Shown: positions 1-8,024 of the stretch, piece by piece
How positions within the stretch are numbered: the first letter of the stretch is position 1
Layout of the letters: the number at the start of each line of letters is the position of its first letter
DNA from: Candidatus Bilamarchaeaceae archaeon
GTDB lineage: Archaea > Micrarchaeota > Micrarchaeia > Anstonellales > Bilamarchaeaceae
Direction: 5' to 3'
NCBI GenBank assembly: GCA_038851325.1
Contig: JAWCKZ010000001.1
Coordinates: 119,864-183,863 of the forward strand
Length of the DNA: 64,000 nucleotides
The notes under the pieces: generated by a model
What the model saw: only the letters and a program-made list of their open reading frames with translations
Told to the model about the DNA's origin: nothing
Database searches by the model: none
Program-made: the position numbers and the translations under genes

Positions 1-139
1 GAAGGTTGCAAGTGTTACCTTTGTTTCAAAGGACTTCGAGAAAATAAAGAGCAAGGTACGATATTTGATCGATAAAGGTCTTGAGGAAGTAACAGAGATT
101 ACACCCCTAATAATTTCTGGTAAAATCTCGGTCTTTTAA
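1..139 (+). CDS. mat: C-terminal fragment, probably archaeal S-adenosylmethionine synthetase (5' truncated by window)
   Basis: Frame 2 reads KVASVTFVSKDFEKIKSKVRYLIDKGLEEVTEITPLIISGKISVF*, resembling the archaeal MAT C-terminus (..ASV...IT.LI..GK.SVF). Confidence 0.55.
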   Translation, partial: KVASVTFVSKDFEKIKSKVRYLIDKGLEEVTEITPLIISGKISVF

Positions 140-250
140 ACGATTAAAAACCTTCTTTCTTATATGTTTATCTCGCAGATGTATGGATTTTTAGTTGGAG
201 TGAACGACGATTCGTTCACTGCCTTAACTCCGTTCGGGCCTGTAGTCGAA

Positions 251-267
251 TGCTGGAAGGCCGGCAT
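251..267 (+). other. 17-nt tRNA-Val intron at 15/16
   Basis: BHB: GTCG/CGGC central helix, bulges AA|T and AT|T, outer helix GCT/GGC. Confidence 0.8.
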
Positions 268-289
268 TGGTTAAGACGTTACCCTGACA

Positions 290-581
290 AGGCTTTTTGT
301 CTTCGGTGTTTCTGAGGGCAAAAACCCTGGAAAAAGCCCTGAGGTTTCTCCTCTGGGTGTGTTGGGCTTTTTGTCTTCGGTGTTTCTGAGGGCAAAAACC
401 CTGGAAAAAGCCCTGAGGTTTCTCCTCTGGGTGTGTTGGGCTTTTTGTCTTCGGTGTTTCTGAGGGCAAAAACCCTGGAAACGGCATTTGGCTCCTAAGC
501 AGGTGCTTATGACCTGAGGATTGTCTCAGGAGCTAAATACCGTTTGGAAAAAGACTTGAGGAAAACTCCTGTCTTCTGTAA
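290..581 (+). other. ~292-nt anticodon-loop intron/insertion of tRNA-Val
   Basis: Separates the two anticodon-stem strands; exact splice register ambiguous, no clean BHB found. Confidence 0.75.
291..481 (+). repeat. 74-bp perfect tandem repeat, ~2.6 copies, inside the tRNA-Val intron
   Basis: Unit GGCTTTTTGTCTTCGG...GGGTGTGTTG starts at 291, 365 and 439. Confidence 0.97.
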
Positions 582-715
582 CGGTAAAGATTCCCGGTTC
601 GATCCCGGGCGGGCCCAATCCTTCATTTGTTTGCAGGAGTGGCGGTTGGTTTGACATGCGCTTGCTGTCAAAGCCCGCCACTGTCGTAATGTATTTTGCT
701 GCAACAATTGTTTTC

Positions 716-834
716 GCAGGAGTGGCGGAGTGGTCAAACGCGGCAGACTCAAGATCTGAATGTTCCTTTCACGATTGTGTGGTGGGAAATCTGTTGGCCA
801 AGCGCCTACACAGGTTCGAATCCTGTCTCCTGCA
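716..834 (+). tRNA. tRNA-Leu(CAA) with 35-nt canonical intron (754-788)
   Basis: GCAGGAG/CTCCTGC-A acceptor, long variable arm, anticodon CAA at 750-752, BHB helix CTCA/TGGG; mature 84 nt. Confidence 0.92.
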
Positions 835-865
835 TCTTTTTATTTTTATTCCTAGATAAGGAGAC

Positions 866-1795
866 ATGCACAGAAAAGTAAGGAAGATAATATACGATAT
901 CTCCTCCCTAAAAATACAGGGCGCACGAAATGTGGCAAAGACAGCCGTTCAAGCGCTTGTGCTCCAGGCTATGCACACAAGAGCGAAAAACCCTACTGCA
1001 CTTTATAAAGAGATAAAGGCATTGCGGGAAATAATCATATCAGCAAGACCTACAGAACCCATGACCCGCAACATGACAGAGGAAGCGTGCAATTTCCTTT
1101 TAAGCGAATCAAAATCCGGTAAAAGCATCGATGAGGTTATAAAAAAGTTTATAAAGCAAGGAGAAATCGCCATAAAAAAGATGGATGAAGATGTCAAACG
1201 ACTCTTTCAATATGGTGCACAACTCATCCCGCAAAACGCAGTTGTAATAACGCACTGCCATTCCTCAACCGTAACTGGAATTCTCAAAACAGCAGAAAAA
1301 ATGCGTAAGGAAATACGTGTTATCGCTTGCGAAACAAGGCCAAGATACCAGGGTAGAATAACCGCAACAGAGCTTGCGGAAGCTGATATAGACGTCACCC
1401 TTGTAGTGGATGGGGCGATGAATCTTTATATGAAGAAAGCTGACATAGTCCTTGTTGGTGCGGACTCTGTTACATCGCGCGGCGACCTCATAAATAAGGT
1501 TGGAACAAGCACGCTCGCACACATCGCAAGGATGCATGACGTCTCATTTTATTCTGCAGCAGAGCTTTTCAAATACAGCCCTATGACATTTTATGGTGTC
1601 TTGGAAAAAATAGAGGAAAGAGACCCAAATGAGATATGGGAAAAACCACCTAAAAATGTTAAGATAAGCAATCCAGCGTTTGATGTTACGGCAGCAAAAT
1701 ATGTCAATGGGTATATAACAGAAGTTGGTGTAATACCGCCTCAAACCTTCTTCTCGCTTGCTACTCAAAAACTTGGTATAAAAATATATGGATAA
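866..1795 (+). CDS. ribose-1,5-bisphosphate isomerase (eIF-2B alpha/beta/delta family)
   Basis: IQGA, RPTEP, THCHSSTV, ETRP, GAD, NKVGT and NPAFDVT motifs; adjacent to AMP phosphorylase. Confidence 0.88.
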   Translation: MHRKVRKIIYDISSLKIQGARNVAKTAVQALVLQAMHTRAKNPTALYKEIKALREIIISARPTEPMTRNMTEEACNFLLSESKSGKSIDEVIKKFIKQGEIAIKKMDEDVKRLFQYGAQLIPQNAVVITHCHSSTVTGILKTAEKMRKEIRVIACETRPRYQGRITATELAEADIDVTLVVDGAMNLYMKKADIVLVGADSVTSRGDLINKVGTSTLAHIARMHDVSFYSAAELFKYSPMTFYGVLEKIEERDPNEIWEKPPKNVKISNPAFDVTAAKYVNGYITEVGVIPPQTFFSLATQKLGIKIYG

Positions 1796-1804
1796 GGTGA
1801 GCGT

Positions 1805-3415
1805 ATGATAAAGCAGCCTGTAGCTGAAAACCCACATAAAGAAAGCGCTACTCAGGAGTTTGTTGAAAAAGAGGTAAAGAAGGTAGATGTTTGGCGGTAC
1901 AAGAAGTACATATGCAAAGTGAAGCCTATTGGGATATACGCAGGCGGTAAAAACATAATAGTACTTAACACCGATGAGGCTGAGAGCCATGATATATACG
2001 CAGGATACAGAACCGAACTAAAAACACCAAAAGCAACAATAATTGGAATTGTTGATACGAGCGATAAACTCGTAAAACCTGGTGAAGTTGGGATCTATGA
2101 TGATTTTGCAAAAGAATTCCATCTAAAAGCAGGAGAAGAGGTCGAGATCGTTCATATGGATAGGCCTGCTTCTATAGGCTACATAAAAAAGAAGCTCGAT
2201 AAAGGAACGCTCGAAAGCAACGAAATAAAAACTATTGTAACCGAGATAATGGAGAACAAACTTAGTGAGGTTGAAACCTCTGCGTTTATAGCTGCGGCAT
2301 ACATAAATGGGATGGCTGACAGCGAAGTAATCGCATTGACAAATGCAACTGTAGAATCCGGGGAAACACTAAATCTAGGGAGGGGACCTATACTCGATAA
2401 ACACTGTATTGGGGGGGTAGCGGGAAATAGAACAACCATGATTGTTGTTCCAATAATCGCCGCTGCTGGTCTCTATATGCCCAAGACATCCTCACGTGCC
2501 ATAACAAGCGCAGCTGGCACGGCAGATACAATGGAAGTGTTAGCCAACGTCACGTTCAGCATGGATGAGCTAAGAAAGATGGTGCTCAAGACAAAAGGGG
2601 CGATAGTGTGGGGAGGAGGAATGAAGCTTGCACCTGTAGATGACAAATTAATACGCATAAGGCACCCGTTAAGTCTTGATCCGGAAGGCATGCTTCTTGC
2701 GAGTATCCTTGGAAAGAAAAAAAGCGTAGGCGCAGAATACGTAATAATAGATATTCCAGTTGGGCGAGGTGTTAAGATACCATACTACGAGAAAGGAAGG
2801 GAGCTAGGTGACCATTTTATAAAAATAGGAAAGCAACTTGGAATAAAGATAGAGGTGCTAATTACAGATGGCGCAGAGCCTATAGGAAACGGTATAGGAC
2901 CGTCCCTGGAGTGTGTAGATGTTCTCCATGTGCTCAATGGCAAGGGCCCCGAGGATCTTAGGCACAAGAGCATTCTCATGGCTGGAAAGCTCCTAGAACT
3001 TTGTGGTAAGGTTGGGAAAGGCGAAGGATACAGTGCAGCTGAAAATCTTATAACAACTGGAAAAGCGCTAAAGAAGTTCCTTGAGATCGTGGAGGAGCAG
3101 GGAGGAAATCCAAGGGTCACTGTTGATGATATTCCTATTGGAAAATACGCCTACACTGTTAAATCAAAGGTGAGCGGTTCTATATTCCATATAGACAATC
3201 ACTCTATTTCAAAGATTGCGCGGATAGCCGGTGCACCGAAATCAAAAGGTGCTGGTGTACTTCTGCATAAGACAAGAGGGAATAGGGTAGAGGTTGGGGA
3301 TTCTTTGTTCACGGTTTACGCTGAGAAAGAAACCCTCTTAGATTACGCAATAAAAGCACTTGAAAAACTTGAGCCAATAGAGATGAGAAAGATGCTTCTT
3401 GGAACCATGGAGTAG
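1805..3415 (+). CDS. AMP phosphorylase (thymidine phosphorylase family with N-terminal extension)
   Basis: DKHCIGGVAGNRTT and KTSSRAITSAAGTAD motifs. Confidence 0.92.
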   Translation: MIKQPVAENPHKESATQEFVEKEVKKVDVWRYKKYICKVKPIGIYAGGKNIIVLNTDEAESHDIYAGYRTELKTPKATIIGIVDTSDKLVKPGEVGIYDDFAKEFHLKAGEEVEIVHMDRPASIGYIKKKLDKGTLESNEIKTIVTEIMENKLSEVETSAFIAAAYINGMADSEVIALTNATVESGETLNLGRGPILDKHCIGGVAGNRTTMIVVPIIAAAGLYMPKTSSRAITSAAGTADTMEVLANVTFSMDELRKMVLKTKGAIVWGGGMKLAPVDDKLIRIRHPLSLDPEGMLLASILGKKKSVGAEYVIIDIPVGRGVKIPYYEKGRELGDHFIKIGKQLGIKIEVLITDGAEPIGNGIGPSLECVDVLHVLNGKGPEDLRHKSILMAGKLLELCGKVGKGEGYSAAENLITTGKALKKFLEIVEEQGGNPRVTVDDIPIGKYAYTVKSKVSGSIFHIDNHSISKIARIAGAPKSKGAGVLLHKTRGNRVEVGDSLFTVYAEKETLLDYAIKALEKLEPIEMRKMLLGTME

Positions 3416-3451
3416 CATTATAAATTCTTTGGCTTATCTCTTACTTCGCGT

Positions 3452-3616
3452 CCCGCCATAGCTCAAAGCACCTAGCGAGCAATGGTAGAGCGATCGGCTG
3501 TAGTTCGGGTACTCCTTTCCGGAGAAAAAGGTCGCTGATACCGATAGGTTGCTGGTTCAAATGCACACGCGCTACTTCGCATTGGCGTAGATGCAGAATA
3601 CGTCCGGCTGGCGGGA
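3452..3616 (+). tRNA. tRNA-Tyr(GTA) with three introns (3467-3482 at 15/16; 3504-3539 at 37/38; 3561-3601 at 58/59)
   Basis: CCCGCCA/TGGCGGG-A acceptor; BHB helices GCTC/GAGC and GTTC/GAAT with 3-nt bulges; mature 72 nt. Confidence 0.9.
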
Positions 3617-3629
3617 TTTTTTATTTAAT

Positions 3630-5177
3630 TTAATGTCTGAAGTGTCGCATGCCTGTAAAGACCATCGCTATATTGTGCTCATCGGCTGCCCTTATAACTT
3701 CTGCATCATTTACCGAACCACCGGGCTGAATTATCGCAGTAACACCAAGCTTGGCTGCATAATCTACCCCGTCCCTGAACGGAAAGAATGCATCGCTTGC
3801 CATTGCGCACCCTTCAAGGCCCTCTCCAGAATCCTGCGCAACCATGGCACCAACCCTAGCCGCGTCTATTCTTTTCATCTGCCCTGCCCCAATACCTACA
3901 GCCCTGTTCTCTCTCGCATAGACGATGGCATTCGAACGAACATATTTTACAATCTTCCATGCATACAACATTGATGCCATCTCGCTCTCAGTTGGTTTTC
4001 TTCTTGTAACGACCCTTAGTTCCTTGTAGAGCTCCACATCGCTGTCCTGCACAAGGAAGCCGCCCAGAACTGAGCGGTATCTTCTGTACCTTACTACGCC
4101 AGCCTCTATGGGAAGCTCCAGAAGACGGATGTTTGGTTTTTTAGCAAAAACTTTTTTTGCCTCTTGCGTAAAGGATGGTGCAAGAACTATCTCAACAAAC
4201 CTGGTGGTTATCTCTGATGCCAACTTACCGTCCACCTCGCGATTTACTGCAACTATACCACCAAAAGCAGCCTCCGGATCAACAGCCCTTGCTGTGAGAT
4301 AAGCATGGTGTATGCCACTGCTTGATGCCACGCCGCATGGATTGTTATGCTTTACTATAACTGCAGTTGGCTCTTCAAACTCCTTTATCAAATTATATGC
4401 AGAGTTAGCGTCCAGAACATTGTTGAACGAAAGTTGCTTCCCCTGGAGCTGCTTTGCCCTTAAAAGCGAGGGGTTTTTTTCATGCTCGTCTATATAGAGC
4501 GCTGCTGTTTGATGTGGATTTTCTCCGTATCTTAGGCCCTGCTTTTTCCTAAATGTAAGATTTAGATACTCTGGATATTCAAACTCATTACCAAAAGTTT
4601 TTCTGAAATAATTCTCTATAACAACATCATAATGAGCTATGTGCATCCACGCTTCTATTGCAAGCTCTCTACGAAAACTTTCGCTTATCTCACCTTTCTC
4701 TATTTCAGCCAAAAGCTGTTCGTATCTTTCTGGATTACAAACCACTGCCACCTGTCTAAAATTTTTTGCAGCAGCGCGAATAAGGGTTGGACCACCGATA
4801 TCTATATTCTCTATAATCTCCTCAAATGAGCGACCGCTAAGGACAGTCTGCTCAAACGGATATAGATTTACTGCAACCACATCGATGGGGACTATCCCGG
4901 CTCTTCTTGCTTCCTCCGCATGCATCTCGTTCGTTCTATCCATGAGTATTCCACCATGGATTTTTGGATGGAGCGTCTTCACCCTGCCATCCATCATCTC
5001 TGGAGATCCTGTGAACTGCGATAATTCTATAGCATCTATGCCATTTTTCCTAAGCGTCCTAGCAGTACCGCCGCTTGATATAATCTTAAAACCAGCGCTG
5101 TGGAGCCCTCTGGCAAACTCGACTATTCCTTTTTTTTCAAAAACACTGAGTAAGGCGTACCTATCGCTATCACTCAT
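3630..5177 (-). CDS. purH: bifunctional AICAR transformylase/IMP cyclohydrolase
   Basis: [31 protein letters not shown] and MRHFRH motifs. Confidence 0.97.
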   Translation of the reverse strand: MSDSDRYALLSVFEKKGIVEFARGLHSAGFKIISSGGTARTLRKNGIDAIELSQFTGSPEMMDGRVKTLHPKIHGGILMDRTNEMHAEEARRAGIVPIDVVAVNLYPFEQTVLSGRSFEEIIENIDIGGPTLIRAAAKNFRQVAVVCNPERYEQLLAEIEKGEISESFRRELAIEAWMHIAHYDVVIENYFRKTFGNEFEYPEYLNLTFRKKQGLRYGENPHQTAALYIDEHEKNPSLLRAKQLQGKQLSFNNVLDANSAYNLIKEFEEPTAVIVKHNNPCGVASSSGIHHAYLTARAVDPEAAFGGIVAVNREVDGKLASEITTRFVEIVLAPSFTQEAKKVFAKKPNIRLLELPIEAGVVRYRRYRSVLGGFLVQDSDVELYKELRVVTRRKPTESEMASMLYAWKIVKYVRSNAIVYARENRAVGIGAGQMKRIDAARVGAMVAQDSGEGLEGCAMASDAFFPFRDGVDYAAKLGVTAIIQPGGSVNDAEVIRAADEHNIAMVFTGMRHFRH

Positions 5178-5240
5178 TGAGAATACCGTTTATAATTCAA
5201 CACAGCAAGCGTTTTTAACTCTTGCTTTTCTCATTTTTAT

Positions 5241-6344
5241 ATGGTTGAAAAAATTAAGCAACAACTTCGAAGTAAACTTGATCAGGATTATGTTATATTG
5301 GCGCTGGAAGAAAGAGGCTACTGCGTTTCTCTCCTTAAAAATGGCAAAACAACAAAAAAAGAATCACGAAATGCAAACGACTTTCTGGAGCTCATCGATT
5401 CTTCGGTTGTGAGTTGGGTTGATTTTGTTGTAGATAATTTTAAGACTGAAAGTATAGATGTAGCAAAGGCGCTTGGATTTAGCGAGGTGCTCGTAAGGTC
5501 TCTTCTTAAGAATAAGCAAGGTGGTTATGAGGATCTGACTACCGAAATGGGAGTACTTTTACCAGCGATAATAGTATCTGGCTTCAATGTTAGGTTAGAC
5601 CCCCTTCTTATTCTAATTAAACAAAACCTTGTAGTAACCATTCACAGCACAGAGGCAAAAAGATTTTTCAGATTAAGACGGTATGGAGAAATATTCATGA
5701 GAAAGATCGAGACAAAGGTGCCACAACAAGATAAGGTAACACAAATTCTTATTAGAATACTCGATGAGAACAACAGCAGAAATTTTGACCACCTTAGGGA
5801 GATAGAAGAGAACTCAGATAAACTCAGCCAAAAACTTGCTGACCCCAGGACGTCGCGAGAAATTCTGGGGCCTGAGATATACAACATGAAGCATGCACTC
5901 ATAACGTACCTCGGTGGCCTTTGGGCAACTGTCGATGTCCTAAACACATTACGATACGGAGACCCAGAGGTACTAACCGATGACCCAAAGCTACTTGAAA
6001 GGATAGGAGCGCTCGTCACAGAAGTTAATAATCATATAGGAGTCGCGGAACATCTCAGTGAGGTTTTAGCAAGTGGCCTCGAAGTTCTTCAAAGCATTTA
6101 CAATAACCAGTTGCAGATACTTAACAACAGACTTGCAATCCTTGTGGCTTATCTTACAATAATAGGAACAGCTGTCCTGGTGCCAAACACCCTTGCTACT
6201 GTACTAAGCAATCCTGCTTATGGGATGGGGCCTGCTGATGCTGGCTGGTACTCTGCGCTTCTTGTTATTTCCACCATAGTTGCCATAATTGTTGCGTATG
6301 TTTGGGTTAAAAAGGCAGGGTGGCTCCCTTCTAGGCTTGAATAA
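5241..6344 (+). CDS. CorA-family divalent cation transporter
   Basis: Soluble N-domain plus two C-terminal TM helices, with YGM in place of the GMN signature. Confidence 0.75.
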   Translation: MVEKIKQQLRSKLDQDYVILALEERGYCVSLLKNGKTTKKESRNANDFLELIDSSVVSWVDFVVDNFKTESIDVAKALGFSEVLVRSLLKNKQGGYEDLTTEMGVLLPAIIVSGFNVRLDPLLILIKQNLVVTIHSTEAKRFFRLRRYGEIFMRKIETKVPQQDKVTQILIRILDENNSRNFDHLREIEENSDKLSQKLADPRTSREILGPEIYNMKHALITYLGGLWATVDVLNTLRYGDPEVLTDDPKLLERIGALVTEVNNHIGVAEHLSEVLASGLEVLQSIYNNQLQILNNRLAILVAYLTIIGTAVLVPNTLATVLSNPAYGMGPADAGWYSALLVISTIVAIIVAYVWVKKAGWLPSRLE

Positions 6345-6603
6345 ACTCTATCAATGGTGCATGACTGTTTTTGGTTATTTCAGAAAGCTTACTGTACACT
6401 ACACTCTTGTGTGTACTGTCTACAACCTTTGATGCCTTCATGGAAAAAGGCGGGAGGCAGTGCCCCTGAAGTTTATTTTTGTATGAAGGAGATAGTGGGC
6501 TGGATTCCTTCTGTTTTTTTCGTTTTTGCCCCTTTATGTAGTAGTATCCTCTCATAGGGTTTTTCCAATGTATAAATGGTTTTGTTGCGTAACTGAACTT
6601 CAT
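6331..6603 (-). CDS. hypothetical basic protein
   Basis: ORF preceded by GGAG and a TTTTAAAA box; no recognisable family. Confidence 0.4.
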   Translation of the reverse strand: MKFSYATKPFIHWKNPMRGYYYIKGQKRKKQKESSPLSPSYKNKLQGHCLPPFSMKASKVVDSTHKSVVYSKLSEITKNSHAPLIEFIQA

Positions 6604-6649
6604 ACTCCCACGGTTTCGAAAACTCTCTAGGCTTTTAAAAAATTTTCGC

Positions 6650-7963
6650 TTAATAATTCGGCACTTGCCTAATCTTACAATCTTCTCTTAGTTCTTTCCC
6701 CACAGCAAGGAGAAATTCGTTTAGTTTATCAGCAGGGAAAGAAGCGCCCGCAGCAATTCTATGCCCACCACCGACACCGTGTGCAATCTCAGCTGCCTTT
6801 CTCATTATTAATCCTAGATTCACTCCGCGACCGCGCGCTGAGGCTTTAATGCCACCTTCATCACTGCTGGCGATGCCTACTATCGGCTTTTTCCATCTTT
6901 GCTCCAATACCATACCACAGATTGTTCCAATTATGGCTTCGTCTATTTTCTTCCTACCATCAAGAAAGAAAAATGCGCCGAAATCTTGGATGTTGCCGCG
7001 TGCAAACTCTATTCCCTCCTTGAGCATTCGCCTGTGTAACTGAAGAAGAGAGCGCGCTCCCTGAAAACAGCCTTCATCCCCCAACGCCACTCTTATCCCG
7101 ATATCATCCCGCGCGTGTCTTCCACACGCATTGAGAAGGGTAGAGAACTCGCTTGCTTCATAAGTCTCGTTCATCTTATTTTTTGGGAACACATAGCTCT
7201 CTCCAATAAGTTCATCTAAGGATGCTATCCTCCCCCTCTCAACTAAAATCTCAGCAAGCGCAGACGCCAGGCGTATTTTTTCTTCTTTTGTCAGGTCGAC
7301 GTATCTTCGATACTCCTCGCCCTTCTTGATCGGAATGCCAAGTGTAGTAAGAAGAGCCGCTGCCTTATCTTCTCTGTAGGATATCCCCGGAATGTAAGGC
7401 TCATCCGAATATTCTAGAAATTGAATAAGAGGTCTTGAGTACCTACCATAAAAGCGCAAGTCGTTCTCTGTTCTTACAAGTCCCTTATTTATACCATCTG
7501 CAAGGATCTCTCTATTTTTTCCTCTGAGAGGCCACTGCATGTCCCCAACAGCGCCAGTGATTGCAAGCTCTACTCGCTCACCAAAGACCAGGTAAGCTGT
7601 TCCGGCTGCGCTTAACTCCTCCCCTCCATTAATCCCGTAAAGCATCGGATTAACCTGTAATTTCTTTATCCCCTCGGTCTGGTGATGGTCTATTATAACC
7701 ACATCGCAGAGTTCGTTAACACGCTTGTGTCCACCGCCGATGTCAACGAAGATAAGTTCCCGTTCGTTCCTATAACGTTCTATGACGGCGTCATCAAGTT
7801 TCTTTATGCACTCTCGTCTAAATTTTTTTCCTGCTGCAAGAAATGCTGACACAACTATCGCTCCGCTTGTAATCCCATCGCAATCATGATGGTGCACAAT
7901 TAACGGTTCATTGAACGAGAGCGCAACCCTCCTCGCCTCCTCGCACGCCTCTTGAAAGTTCAT
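6650..7963 (-). CDS. RecJ-like DHH/DHHA1 phosphoesterase (GAN/RecJ family)
   Basis: HHDCDG, IIDHH, GD and GGGH..AAG motifs. Confidence 0.88.
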   Translation of the reverse strand: MNFQEACEEARRVALSFNEPLIVHHHDCDGITSGAIVVSAFLAAGKKFRRECIKKLDDAVIERYRNERELIFVDIGGGHKRVNELCDVVIIDHHQTEGIKKLQVNPMLYGINGGEELSAAGTAYLVFGERVELAITGAVGDMQWPLRGKNREILADGINKGLVRTENDLRFYGRYSRPLIQFLEYSDEPYIPGISYREDKAAALLTTLGIPIKKGEEYRRYVDLTKEEKIRLASALAEILVERGRIASLDELIGESYVFPKNKMNETYEASEFSTLLNACGRHARDDIGIRVALGDEGCFQGARSLLQLHRRMLKEGIEFARGNIQDFGAFFFLDGRKKIDEAIIGTICGMVLEQRWKKPIVGIASSDEGGIKASARGRGVNLGLIMRKAAEIAHGVGGGHRIAAGASFPADKLNEFLLAVGKELREDCKIRQVPNY

Positions 7964-8024
7964 AGTTGGTAAGTAAGAGCTGATGTTTTAAACTCTTATG
8001 TTAAGAAAAATCTTAGGTGTGCAT

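Larger units (their letters stand above)
236..617 (+). tRNA. tRNA-Val(GAC) with two introns (D-loop 251-267; anticodon ~290-581)
   Basis: Acceptor GGGCCTG/CGGGCCC-A, anticodon stem TTACC/GGTAA with CT-GAC-A, T arm CCCGG-TTCGATC-CCGGG; removing both introns gives 73 nt. Confidence 0.88.

Noticed and set aside
291..481. CRISPR array
   Set aside because: Units are fully identical head-to-tail with no unique spacers, lie inside a tRNA gene, and no cas genes are present
224..881. ORFs 224-487, 507-752, 656-859 and 696-881
   Set aside because: They overlap tRNA-Val and tRNA-Leu and their introns; the repetitive translation reflects the DNA repeat
6354..6557. Cys-rich plus-strand ORF
   Set aside because: No start signals; the opposite-strand ORF 6331-6603 has a TATA-like box and RBS
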